From: Anaerolineae bacterium
Lineage (GTDB): Bacteria > Chloroflexota > Anaerolineae > Anaerolineales > UBA6663
Direction of reading: 5' to 3'
Assembly: GCA_037442085.1 (NCBI GenBank)
Contig: JBBIQY010000004.1
Coordinates: 1,440 to 65,439 of the forward strand
Length of the DNA: 64,000 bases
Positions 37,612-47,023 of this stretch are shown here, piece by piece. Numbering within the stretch: the stretch's first letter is position 1; every line of letters begins with the position of its first letter. The notes beneath the pieces were generated by a model, which saw only the letters and a list, made by a program, of their open reading frames with translations, had not been told where the DNA came from and searched no databases. Both the position numbers and the translations under genes were made by a program.

Positions 37612-38706
37612 TTGAAGTCAGGTCCGCCGGTTCATAAGCGCAATACCCATCATGCTACTCTTGTGGGCCTGGTCATCGGGTTAGCAGCGCCAATCATCAT
37701 CTTTATTACTTTGGCAGGGCTGGTAACGATCCATATTCTCCGCCCGGCGGAAACGCCCGTGGCAGCTTCCCCCGACCTAACGCCAGGGATCGGACCGACC
37801 TCCAGCACGCCGTCAGGCACCCAGATGCTCGCTGCAGCAACGCTGCTCACATCCTCAACGCTGGCGCCCGGAACGACGCCAACGATGGCAGCGCCTGCGC
37901 CACTCCTCACGCCGGCCAACTCCGAAACAGCAGTTGCCGTCACAGCCACAAGCCGTTCTCAATTGCCGGAGGCAGCCACCGCGACGGCAACAGCGCCGCC
38001 AACCGCGACGCCGGTCGTCACGTTGACAGCGACCCCAACGCCCGATGCCCCGGCGAGCGCGACACCGACCTCGAGGCCGACGGACGGCCCAACCTCGACT
38101 CCGACGCCGACCCCGACCGCAACGGCCGCTGCCGCCTGGCGGTTCATCAATCTCACCTTCAGCATTGATCCGCTCGACACCCGGCACTCGCTGATCTACG
38201 GCGAAGTGGTCAATGCCACCGGCGTCGCGCAAGAGATCACAGACTTCACCGGGACGTTTTACAACGACCAGGGTCAACTCGTGGCTGGCACCGAGCAGTT
38301 ACGCCCGTATTGGCCGCTGGCCGTGTTGCCGCCCGGCAGCCAAATGCCGTTCGAGCTGCAGGTATTGAACGCCACCGGCCTGACACGCGCCGAGCTGGGC
38401 GTGCTGACCGCGCCGCGCGAAGAGGCGCCGCGCACGGACTTCACTTTCGAGAACGTCAACCAGTCCCTGAGCGGCGAGTTTTACTGCCTGCGCGGGCAAC
38501 TGCGCAACCCCGGTGGACGATTGAACGAGTACCTGGTCATCGTCGGCCTGCTCTACGACAGCCAGAACAATCTGGTGAAGTTCGCCGACGAGAGCGATGG
38601 GCCGCCGATCTTTGCTGTCGGGGAACGTCTCAAGAGCTTCGAGATGTGCATCGCCCCACCCTATCCCGGCGTGGTTCGCTATGAACTCAAGGCCTGGGGC
38701 CGCTAA
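37612..38706 (+). CDS. Membrane-anchored protein with Pro/Thr/Ala linker and two FxLYD-like beta-sandwich repeats
   Basis: TTG start after GAGG. One TM helix (LVGLVIGLAAPIIIFITLAGLV), a long PT-rich linker, then repeats containing TGTFYNDQGQLV and VGLLYDSQNNLV (FxLYD-like). Confidence 0.55.
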   Translation: MKSGPPVHKRNTHHATLVGLVIGLAAPIIIFITLAGLVTIHILRPAETPVAASPDLTPGIGPTSSTPSGTQMLAAATLLTSSTLAPGTTPTMAAPAPLLTPANSETAVAVTATSRSQLPEAATATATAPPTATPVVTLTATPTPDAPASATPTSRPTDGPTSTPTPTPTATAAAAWRFINLTFSIDPLDTRHSLIYGEVVNATGVAQEITDFTGTFYNDQGQLVAGTEQLRPYWPLAVLPPGSQMPFELQVLNATGLTRAELGVLTAPREEAPRTDFTFENVNQSLSGEFYCLRGQLRNPGGRLNEYLVIVGLLYDSQNNLVKFADESDGPPIFAVGERLKSFEMCIAPPYPGVVRYELKAWGR

Positions 38707-38802
38707 CGCCCAATCTGGAGAAAGGAGAGACTTCACCAAGACAAGCCATCACCCCATCTCTAACCGACCCGATTGTCCCAATCCAACTTTAGGACAGGAA
38801 CC

Positions 38803-41800
38803 ATGAGGACAGTAACCATGAAGAAAACTCGTCTCGTTCTAAACGTACTTCTCATTCTAAGCCTGGCCTTGTCGTTTGGGCCGGCGGCTTTCGCCCAGAA
38901 CGGGCCCAATCCGCGCCCCCTGCCTGCAACCGTGGACGCCCTGAAGCTCGACGTCCCCGTCACTGCCGAGGGACGCAGAGGCGCCCTCAATCCGGAACTG
39001 GTAGGCGCATCCGGCCCACAACAGGTGGTCGTGCGCCTGAGCGGCGAGTCCGCGGCCCAGGCGGCGGCGGCCCGCGAAACGGCCCAGGCCCAGATCGCTG
39101 TGGCGGCTGCGGCAGCCGCGCAGCAGGATAGCTTCCTGAGCGTGGCCACCAGCCTGGACGCATCCGCTAAAGTGTTGGCCCGCCTCACCAAGGTTCTGAA
39201 TGCCGTGGTGCTGGAAGTGGACGGCGCGGCCCTGCCCGCCCTGGCGGCTCAACCCGGCGTGGTCTCCATCAATCCCGTGCGCAACTACGAACTGGACCTG
39301 AGCGAGACCGTGCCCTACATCGGCGCGACGCCGGCGGTTCAGGCGGCCGGCTTCCGCGGGAAAGACGTCAAGGTGGCCGTGCTCGATAGCGGCATTGACT
39401 ACACCCACGTCGCGTTTGGCGGCCCCGGGACAGCAGCGGCCTATACGGCGGCCTATGGCACTTCGACGGCAGATCCGCGCAACAAAACGCTGGATGGCCT
39501 CTTCCCCACCAGTCGTGTGGTGGGCGGCTACGACTTCGTCGGCGAGGTGTGGCCCAACGGCCCGTTGGCGCCCGACCCCGACCCGATTGACTGCGGCGCA
39601 GCAGGCCTCACGCCTCCAGCAACCTGCGCCGGCGGGCACGGAACTCACGTGGCCGACATCATCGGCGGCGCGCAGGGCGTCGCGCCCGAAGTTTCCCTGT
39701 ACGCCGTCAAGGTCTGCTCGGCAGTCTCAAGCTCGTGCAGCGGCGTGGCACTGCTGCAGGGCATGGAGTTCGCCGTGGACCCGAACGGCGACGGCGACCT
39801 GAGCGATCACGTTCACATCGTCAATATGTCCCTGGGCGCATCGTACGGCCAGGCCTACGATGACGACCTGTCGGCCGCGGTGGATGCGGCCACGCCGGTG
39901 GGCGTGCTCACCGTCGCTTCGGCGGGTAACAGTGCGGATCGGCCCTACATCACCGGCACCCCGTCGGCGACCTACACGGCGCTGGCCGTGGCGCAGACCA
40001 CGGTGCCCAGCGACGAGGTTTTCACGATCGTGGTCAACAATCCGCCCAGCGGCTTCGGCGATCCCGTCATCGGTATGATTGCCCAACCGTGGGCCGCCCC
40101 GCTGATCAGCGCCATCACGGCTCCCGTTTTCTACGATACAACCAGTCCTGCGACGCGCATCGGCTGCACCAACGCTGCTGGCGCGAGCCCGTGGGTCGGC
40201 ACCCCCCTCGCCGGTCGCATCGCTTTGATTGATCGCGGCACCTGCGCGGTCAGCATGAAAGTGAGCAATGCAGCGGCGGCGGGCGCGGTGGCGGCCATCG
40301 TCGCCAACAACGTCGCCGGCAATGTGCCGCCCATCTTCAGCTTCGGCGGCGGCACGCCCAGCATCCCCGGCTTCACGGTGACCCAGGCAGCCGGCCTCCG
40401 CTTGCGCACCATCTCCGGCAGCGCGACGGCGACCGGGACGATTGACCCGGCCTCCGCCATCAGCATCGTCGGCAGCATGGTCGCCAGCTCGTCGCGCGGC
40501 CCGAGCATGGGGCAGATGTTCTACGGCAACCAGATCATGTACGGCCAGCTCATCAAGCCCGAGATCGGCGCGCCCGGCGCCTCGATCTCGGCGGTGGCCG
40601 GCTCCGGCACGGGTGTGGAGCCGTTCGGCGGAACGTCCGGCGCGGCCCCCATGGTCTCCGGCGCGGCGGCCCTGCTGATGAACGCGACCAACTGGCAGCT
40701 CTCGCCGCCGGAACTGAAGAGCCGGCTGATGAACACCGCCGAGCGCAATATCCTCAACGGCGCGGCGATCTTCGGCAGCGGCGTACCGGCGCCGATCACC
40801 CGCATCGGCGGCGGCGAGGTGCGTGTGGATCGCGCTGTCGCGGCCAACGCAGCCGCCTGGGAGTTCAACAACCGGGGCGCGGCGCTGTCCTTCGGCTTCG
40901 TGGACGCCTCTCAAGCCACAACGACCCTGCGCCGCACGGTAGTGGTGCGCAACTACGGCGATCACCCGATCACGTACGACATCACGCCGACCTTCCGCTA
41001 CGCCAACGACGTGACAAACGGTGCGGTCAACGTCAGCGCGCCGGCCTCCATCCGGGTGCCCGCGCGCAGCCAGCGCTCCTTCCGCATCACGCTGACGATT
41101 GACGGCGCGAAACTGCGCGCCTGGACGCTGAACTCCGGCTCGCAGGGCGGCAACGGCGATCTGTTGACCGTCTTCGAATACGACGGCTACCTGCTGTTGA
41201 CCGATGCCGGCAACGCCGCCAACAACCTGAGCCTGCCGTGGCACGTACTGCCGCGCATCTCCAACGACGTGCGCGGCCCCAACTCGGTGCGCCTGGACCA
41301 CACGGGCACCGGCTCGATCAACCTGCGCAACCAGGGCGTCGCTCCGGCCACGGTCGAGGTCTTCTCGCTCATCGGCACCGGCCCGGACATCGCCGCCGGC
41401 GGCAGAGGCGAGCAGAATCCGCCCATCCCACTGCGCGCTGTGGGTGTCCGGACGTTCGACGGCACCGGCCTCTGCCCGGCGAACACGCCGATCTTCCAGT
41501 TCGCCTTGAACACTCACTCGCGGCAGACGCATGCCAACTACCCGGCGGAATTCGACATCATCTTCGACACCAACCGAGACGGCGTCGATGACTACGCCGG
41601 GTTTACGTCGGAGAGAGGTGCCTTTGCCTCGAGCGGCCAGAACGCCTTCTTCGTCGGGCCGCTGCCGGCCGGGCCCTTTACGGCGTTCTTCTTCACCGAC
41701 CACATCCTCAACAGCGGCAACACGGTGGTGACGATCTGCGGCTCGCAGATCGGCCTGACCGGCCCCACCGACACCCGACTGATTGATATTGATGTGTACG

Positions 41801-42042
41801 CGTTCGACAATTACTTCACCGGCAACCTCAAGTCGTCGGTGGAGGATATGACGATCGCGGCCTTCGGTGAGCGCTACTTCGGGGTCGTGAATCCCATCGC
41901 CCCGGGTGCGACGGAGCCGTTGCAGGTGCTGGCCAATCCGGCCGGCGTCAACACCACGGAGACCGGCCTGCTGTTGCTCTTCACGGGCAGCGGCGCCGGT
42001 GCTCCCCCGAACAACGAGGCGCGCCTGCTGACCGTGCGCTAA
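38803..42042 (+). CDS. Secreted subtilisin-family (S8) serine peptidase with I9-like propeptide and PA-domain insert
   Basis: Signal peptide. Catalytic triad contexts VAVLDSGID (Asp), GHGTHVADIIGG (His), GGTSGAAPMVSGAAALL (Ser). PA-like GRIALIDRGTCAVSMKVSNAAAAGA. The start may be 38818. Confidence 0.85.
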   Translation: MRTVTMKKTRLVLNVLLILSLALSFGPAAFAQNGPNPRPLPATVDALKLDVPVTAEGRRGALNPELVGASGPQQVVVRLSGESAAQAAAARETAQAQIAVAAAAAAQQDSFLSVATSLDASAKVLARLTKVLNAVVLEVDGAALPALAAQPGVVSINPVRNYELDLSETVPYIGATPAVQAAGFRGKDVKVAVLDSGIDYTHVAFGGPGTAAAYTAAYGTSTADPRNKTLDGLFPTSRVVGGYDFVGEVWPNGPLAPDPDPIDCGAAGLTPPATCAGGHGTHVADIIGGAQGVAPEVSLYAVKVCSAVSSSCSGVALLQGMEFAVDPNGDGDLSDHVHIVNMSLGASYGQAYDDDLSAAVDAATPVGVLTVASAGNSADRPYITGTPSATYTALAVAQTTVPSDEVFTIVVNNPPSGFGDPVIGMIAQPWAAPLISAITAPVFYDTTSPATRIGCTNAAGASPWVGTPLAGRIALIDRGTCAVSMKVSNAAAAGAVAAIVANNVAGNVPPIFSFGGGTPSIPGFTVTQAAGLRLRTISGSATATGTIDPASAISIVGSMVASSSRGPSMGQMFYGNQIMYGQLIKPEIGAPGASISAVAGSGTGVEPFGGTSGAAPMVSGAAALLMNATNWQLSPPELKSRLMNTAERNILNGAAIFGSGVPAPITRIGGGEVRVDRAVAANAAAWEFNNRGAALSFGFVDASQATTTLRRTVVVRNYGDHPITYDITPTFRYANDVTNGAVNVSAPASIRVPARSQRSFRITLTIDGAKLRAWTLNSGSQGGNGDLLTVFEYDGYLLLTDAGNAANNLSLPWHVLPRISNDVRGPNSVRLDHTGTGSINLRNQGVAPATVEVFSLIGTGPDIAAGGRGEQNPPIPLRAVGVRTFDGTGLCPANTPIFQFALNTHSRQTHANYPAEFDIIFDTNRDGVDDYAGFTSERGAFASSGQNAFFVGPLPAGPFTAFFFTDHILNSGNTVVTICGSQIGLTGPTDTRLIDIDVYAFDNYFTGNLKSSVEDMTIAAFGERYFGVVNPIAPGATEPLQVLANPAGVNTTETGLLLLFTGSGAGAPPNNEARLLTVR

Positions 42043-42057
42043 CCTCGGAGACTGTTT

Positions 42058-42096
42058 CCCGGTCGAAGCGCCTGGCAAGCCGGCGCTTCGACCGGG
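42058..42096 (+). terminator. 15-bp perfect GC-rich hairpin after the S8 peptidase stop
   Basis: CCCGGTCGAAGCGCC (42058-42072) pairs with GGCGCTTCGACCGGG (42082-42096). No U-tract. Confidence 0.45.
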
Positions 42097-42129
42097 ATCG
42101 GAACGAGGGCGTGGCGTGCGATCCGTATT

Positions 42130-42218
42130 GGCGGTTTGCCGATTTGTGTGTAATTTCGTAGGCGCGGCTCTCAGACCCGCGCCTACAGGCCGAATTACAC
42201 AATTTTCGGCATACGGCC
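42130..42218 (+). mobile_element. MITE-like 89-nt palindromic element, copy 2 (intergenic)
   Basis: Identical to the reverse complement of 13486-13574. Flanked by a perfect 8-bp direct repeat TCCGTATT (42122-42129 and 42219-42226). Confidence 0.85.
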
Positions 42219-42264
42219 TCCGTATTCCACGCCCTCGTTTTCATGTTTCCGGCAAGGCCAGTGA

Positions 42265-43230
42265 ATGAGACCCTCGCCGCTTTTCCACGGTTTGCCGCGC
42301 GCCGCCCGGCTCAGCCTGACACTCGCCGTCGTGTTGACGTTGGGGCCAGGGGCTGCGCACGTACATAGCCAGGCGGCGCCGCCGGCTTCCTTCCCGGTTG
42401 TCATCTCAGGTGGCGGCGCAACCTGGACTTTCGACAACTCGCTCGGCATCAACCTGTTTTTCAATTGGCTGGAGCCGGGCCGGCCCGGCTTCGGCCTGGA
42501 AACCGCTCTGCTGGCCGGGAACTCCAACACTGCGCTCAACACGTCGTACACGCTCTGGCTGGATGACCGGCAGTTTGTCGCGCCCACTGCCGTCACCGCG
42601 ACAGCAACCAGCCTGACCATCGGCCCGGTTATCACCGCGGGCCTTTCGGTCCAACTCCAATTCCAGGCGCTGAGCGACCGTCCGGCGCTGCGCGCTCTGG
42701 TCAATCTGCAGAACCCCGGCGCAACCAGCGTCACACGCTCGATCCGGATCACCAACAACGTCGCCTCGAATAACCGGACGATCATCCCGGACGGCGGCAC
42801 CAGCAGCGGCGATAGCCTACTCACCACCCAGGATCGCTGGGCCATCACCAGCGAAGACACCCAGCCACTGCACAACCCCGTCAACTTGCACGTCTTTGCC
42901 GGCCCGAGCAGTCCGCCGGCTCTGCCCACCAGCGTCGCCACGCGAGTCTATCTCGATCCGACGAACGAGCTTGACCCCGGCTCAACCGGGCTGAACGGCG
43001 TCAGCCTCACCTTCAACCTGACCATCCCGGCCGGGGAGACGCGCCGGTTGCTGCTCTTTCATCAACTGGCGACCAGCAACGAAACTGCTCTGAGTGAAGC
43101 TGCGCGCTTCAGCACGTTCTGGCGCAAATCGGAGACGCTGCTCAGCGGCCTGTCTCCGGTGGAGATGTCTGAGGTCGTCAACTGGGCCCTGCCAGCATAC
43201 GAAGTGTTCCTGCCTCTGATCCAGCGGTGA
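42265..43230 (+). CDS. Secreted hypothetical protein (beta-rich, no family recognised)
   Basis: 321 aa, signal-like N-terminus (LSLTLAVVLTLGPGAAHVHSQA), high GC3. Lies between the two subtilase paralogs. Confidence 0.55.
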   Translation: MRPSPLFHGLPRAARLSLTLAVVLTLGPGAAHVHSQAAPPASFPVVISGGGATWTFDNSLGINLFFNWLEPGRPGFGLETALLAGNSNTALNTSYTLWLDDRQFVAPTAVTATATSLTIGPVITAGLSVQLQFQALSDRPALRALVNLQNPGATSVTRSIRITNNVASNNRTIIPDGGTSSGDSLLTTQDRWAITSEDTQPLHNPVNLHVFAGPSSPPALPTSVATRVYLDPTNELDPGSTGLNGVSLTFNLTIPAGETRRLLLFHQLATSNETALSEAARFSTFWRKSETLLSGLSPVEMSEVVNWALPAYEVFLPLIQR

Positions 43231-43315
43231 GCCGGAGAGCGCGGCCAGGGGGAGTGAGGATTAGTGATTTTGTACCAAAACCGTGTCGTTTAGCCTTTAT
43301 GGTTTCTTGACTTTC

Positions 43316-43344
43316 AGCTTAAGCCGGCATAACATCTCGGCTAA
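43316..43344 (+). promoter_or_regulatory. Sigma-70-like promoter TTGACT-N17-TAACAT
   Basis: TTGACT at 43316-43321, TAACAT at 43339-43344, in a low-GC intergenic region. Confidence 0.5.
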
Positions 43345-43463
43345 CGTAGTCCGAACATTCAGCTCGAACCAAAAATTGCACATCGCACGTCTCATGCAGT
43401 CGAGGCGATCATCCGGCAGACAGGTCGCCGCCGGAGGAAGGCCCTGCCGGACAGTTCGTTGCC

Positions 43464-43493
43464 AAACCGGCCATGCGCGAGGCCGGTTTTTTT
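43464..43493 (+). terminator. Intrinsic terminator AAACCGGCC-atgcgcga-GGCCGGTTT followed by a T-run, inside the 5' leader of the S8 paralog
   Basis: 9-bp stem, 8-nt loop, run of 7 T. Lies about 145 nt after the promoter and 49 nt before the ATG at 43542. Confidence 0.65.
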
Positions 43494-43541
43494 CGACCGC
43501 CTCACAGGCTCAGCCAAAATCTTGAATGGCCTTTTTCATCT

Positions 43542-46500
43542 ATGAAATTCACCCCCTCGCATTTTCGAATCCCGCTCTCTCTATGGCTATTCGTCACGCT
43601 CGTCTTGCAGTCACTCAACCCGGCATCAGCGCAGATCCCGTCCCATCCGCCCCAGTGGATCGAAGACCTCAAACTGGAACAGCCCGTTACCCTGAAGCAG
43701 AGCTTGGCCTCGGCTGCCTCCGTCCTGCCGGATTGGATCAAGGCCGCCCGCCTGGACAAGCCGCTCACGGCCAGCTCAGCCCCCGCCGCAGCGGATAGCG
43801 CTCAGCAGGCCGTCCGCGAATGGCGACCGATCCTGGTTCAACTCGCACAACCCTCGTTGGCTGACCTGGTCGCGGTTCAGGCCGACCGCAGCCTCCAGCT
43901 GGCGCAAGCTGCGCGCATTCAGGATGTCCAGGGCCGCCTGGTCGAGACCCTCCGCACCATAGACCCGACAGCCCGCGTGCTGACTCACCTGAGCCGGAGC
44001 CTCAATGCTATCGCGCTGGAGACCAACACGGCCGGCCTTGATTGGCTGGCTCGACAACCGGATGTCATCGGCCTTTTCCCGATCACCGATTACCGACTAG
44101 AGAAGAGCCGGGCGCTTGCCAAAGGCGGCCTGGCGCGTTCGAGTCACCCGCTGGCGGGCGACGCAGGCAGCGGCGTCAGGATCGCCATCCTGGACTCGGG
44201 GATAGATTTCACACACGCCAAGCTCGGCGGGCCTGGCACTGCCACCGCGTATGCCGTCGCTTATTGCGGCCGGCCCGAGGCGCGGCCCGATCCTACCGAC
44301 CCGAGCTGCGCCGCCCACACCCAAGCGCCGCAATTTAATACCAAGGTCGTCGGCGGCTATGACTTTGTCGGCGAGAACTGGCCGTTCGGCCCGCTGGCGC
44401 CCGATCCCAATCCTATTGACTTTTTCGGCCATGGCACCCAGGTGGCCGACATCGCCGCCGGCCTGCCGCTGCGCAGCGCTGACCGGGCGCGGCTGCGCCT
44501 GGCCCACCTCGCGCCCGGCGCACCGAACGTGGACGTGCTCCTGTCCGGCGAACGCCTGCTGGCCAACGTCGCCTTCCGCACGACCACGGACTATGCCGTG
44601 CTCCAGCCCGGCAACTATCGTCTTCTTCTCACCCCCGCCGGGCAGACGCAGCCGGTTCTAGCTGAAATTGCCCTGGTCGTCGAGGCGGGTCAGGACTACA
44701 CCGTGGTAGCGCTGGAAGTTTCCAAAGCGCTCTCCTTGTGGCCGCTCACCGATGACAGCAGCGCCCCGGCGGCCGAAAATACCCACGTGCGCTTCGTCAA
44801 TGCCGCGCCCGGGGCCGGGGCGATAGATATCGCCCTCGCCAACGGCGGGCCGGTTCTGGTCTCCAACCTTGCCTTCGCCCAGGCCAGCGATTACGTGACC
44901 CTGCCTGCAGGCCAATACACGTTCGAGGTGCTGGATACAGACACATCGGCCCGTCTCTATACATCGGCGGCGCTGACGTTGAACGGCGGGCGCATCTACA
45001 CAAGCTACGCGGCGGGCCGGCTTGCCGGCGCAGGGGCACAGCCGTTTGGCCTGGAGTGGAGCGTGGACGATTCCGGTGCGACGGCCGGCATGGCGCCGGG
45101 GGCCTCCCTCTATGCGGTCAAGGTCTGCTCGGCAGTGGCCGGCTCGTGCAGCGGCATCGCGCTGCTGCAGGGCCTGGAATATGCTCTCGACCCGAACCGC
45201 GACGGCGACCTGAGTGACCGGGTGGACATTATCAATCTATCGTTGGGCAGGCCATACGGGCTGGCCTACGATGAAGCGCTTTCCATGGCCATCCTGGGTG
45301 CCGGCAAGGCCGGCGTCCTGACGGTCGGCGCCGCCGGCGACAACGGCGATAAGCCCTATAACATCAATACGCCGGGCGCCTCCTACAGCGCCCTGTCTGT
45401 GGCGGCGACTTCGATCACCGGGACCGTGCTCAGCGCCTCCTCGCGCGGACCCAACGGCGGGCAAATGTTTTACAACAACGAGATCATGTATGCCCAGCTC
45501 ATCAAGCCGGAGATCGCCGCCCCCGGAACGGCCGAGGCGGCGCGGGCCGGTTCCGGCGCGGGCACGCAGGCGCTCAGCGGCACGGCGGCGGCGGCGGCAC
45601 ACGTAAGCGGGGCGGCGGCGGTGCTCATCCACGCCACCGACCGGCAACTCTGGCAGACGGCGATCAAGTCCCGGTTGATGAACACGGCCGATCCGCGCGT
45701 GTTCGCGGAAGACGGACAGCTTGCGCCGATCCCGCGCATCGGCAGCGGCGCGTTGCGGTTGGAACGCGCGCTGACGGCTCGGGCCGTGGCCTGGGAGGAA
45801 CACAACCGGGGCGGCGCTCTGTCCTTTGGACTCGTGGATGTCGCCACGCCGCGGGTCACGCTGAGCCGCCGAATCTTCATCCGAAACCTGAGCGATCAGC
45901 CCATTCGCTACCACATCTCTCCGGCGTTCCGGTACGAGGCCGACGCTTTGAGCGGCGTGGTCGCCCTGCAAGTCGCCGAATGGCTGGATGTGCCCCCGGG
46001 CGCCACCTACCCCCTGGAGATCACGCTGCACATTGACGGCTCACGTCTGAACGGCTGGCTATTGAATTCCGGCGAAAACGGCGCCAGCGGCGAAACGCTG
46101 ACGGCCCTGGAATTCGACGGCTACCTGAATCTGGTGGACGCGGCCGACCCGCGCAACACCCTGAGCCTGCCCTGGCATGTGCTGCCGCGCCGGGCTGCCG
46201 ACGCCATACCTGAGACGACCACGGTCCGCCTGGAGAACGGGCGCGGTGAGATGGAGATGTTCAATCACGGCATCGGCCCGGCCAACGTGGATGCTTACTC
46301 ACTGGTGGCCGTCAGCGACAACCAGGCCGCCAGCTTTGCCGGGCAGGACCAGACGGTCATTGACCTGAAAGCGGTGGGCGTCCGCACCTTCTCGGTCACG
46401 GCAGGCTTCTGTTCGCCGGATTCGTCATTTCTGCTGGCCTTCGCCATCAGCACCTTCTACCGGCAAAGCCATGCCAACGCGCCCGGCCGATTCGAGATCA

Positions 46501-47018
46501 ACCTCGACCTCAACCGTGACGGCAGCTTTGACTACCAGATGTTCAACGCCGATCTGGCCTGGCCGAACGTGAGCGATGGCCGCAACGTCGTCTGGGTGCG
46601 CAATCTGATGACCGGCGTTGCGACTGCGCGCTTCTATGTCGAGCACGCCCTGGAGAGCAGCAACTTCGGCCTGGTGGCCTGCGCCGAACAATTCGACCTG
46701 ACGCCGGCCAACTATGGTCAACCGATTAGCGTGCGCATAGATGCGCGGGACTGGGCCAACTCTGGCCGGATCACGGACACGGCGGATGGGATCGTGATCG
46801 TACCCGGCGGCGACCGCTTCCTGGCGGAGGGCGGCGACGTTGGGCCTGCCAGATCGACGCGCTGGACGATCATAGATCAAGGCCCGCTAAGAACTAACCC
46901 GACCGAGTTCGGCCTGTTGTTCTTTACGGATGCGCCGCGATTGGAGAATGGCCGCCCGGCCCGGTCGGGCGCAGCCGACCCGGCGCGCGAGGCCTGGGTG
47001 ATCCACATCGTTCCCTGA
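43542..47018 (+). CDS. S8 subtilase paralog, predicted catalytically inactive (Ser to Ala), with a tandem DUF4397-like insert and no PA domain
   Basis: Signal peptide. Asp (IAILDSGID) and His (GHGTQVADIAAG) contexts retained. At the position aligned to GGTSGAAPMVSGAAA of the paralog it reads LSGTAAAAAHVSGAAA. About 210 aa inserted after the His, with two repeats of the DUF4397 pattern (..RLAHLAPGAPNVDVLL.. and ..VRFVNAAPGAGAIDIAL..). Confidence 0.75.
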   Translation: MKFTPSHFRIPLSLWLFVTLVLQSLNPASAQIPSHPPQWIEDLKLEQPVTLKQSLASAASVLPDWIKAARLDKPLTASSAPAAADSAQQAVREWRPILVQLAQPSLADLVAVQADRSLQLAQAARIQDVQGRLVETLRTIDPTARVLTHLSRSLNAIALETNTAGLDWLARQPDVIGLFPITDYRLEKSRALAKGGLARSSHPLAGDAGSGVRIAILDSGIDFTHAKLGGPGTATAYAVAYCGRPEARPDPTDPSCAAHTQAPQFNTKVVGGYDFVGENWPFGPLAPDPNPIDFFGHGTQVADIAAGLPLRSADRARLRLAHLAPGAPNVDVLLSGERLLANVAFRTTTDYAVLQPGNYRLLLTPAGQTQPVLAEIALVVEAGQDYTVVALEVSKALSLWPLTDDSSAPAAENTHVRFVNAAPGAGAIDIALANGGPVLVSNLAFAQASDYVTLPAGQYTFEVLDTDTSARLYTSAALTLNGGRIYTSYAAGRLAGAGAQPFGLEWSVDDSGATAGMAPGASLYAVKVCSAVAGSCSGIALLQGLEYALDPNRDGDLSDRVDIINLSLGRPYGLAYDEALSMAILGAGKAGVLTVGAAGDNGDKPYNINTPGASYSALSVAATSITGTVLSASSRGPNGGQMFYNNEIMYAQLIKPEIAAPGTAEAARAGSGAGTQALSGTAAAAAHVSGAAAVLIHATDRQLWQTAIKSRLMNTADPRVFAEDGQLAPIPRIGSGALRLERALTARAVAWEEHNRGGALSFGLVDVATPRVTLSRRIFIRNLSDQPIRYHISPAFRYEADALSGVVALQVAEWLDVPPGATYPLEITLHIDGSRLNGWLLNSGENGASGETLTALEFDGYLNLVDAADPRNTLSLPWHVLPRRAADAIPETTTVRLENGRGEMEMFNHGIGPANVDAYSLVAVSDNQAASFAGQDQTVIDLKAVGVRTFSVTAGFCSPDSSFLLAFAISTFYRQSHANAPGRFEINLDLNRDGSFDYQMFNADLAWPNVSDGRNVVWVRNLMTGVATARFYVEHALESSNFGLVACAEQFDLTPANYGQPISVRIDARDWANSGRITDTADGIVIVPGGDRFLAEGGDVGPARSTRWTIIDQGPLRTNPTEFGLLFFTDAPRLENGRPARSGAADPAREAWVIHIVP

Positions 47019-47023
47019 GTGAG

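Noticed and set aside
43473-43541. The track start codon (ATG 43473) for the second S8 protein. Similar N-terminal extensions occur in the track for ilvD (61570), leuA (55391), ilvC (56469), cimA (51377), pheA (48538), CocE (13944), sigma (20525), lysY (28497), lysZ (29599), DegT (2839) and the MIase-like gene (2615).
   Set aside because: ATG 43473 lies in the loop of the intrinsic terminator. The other extensions overlap upstream genes or regulatory hairpins and add non-conserved residues ahead of well-conserved family N-termini. Starts were therefore moved to downstream codons supported by an RBS, by coupling or by conservation.
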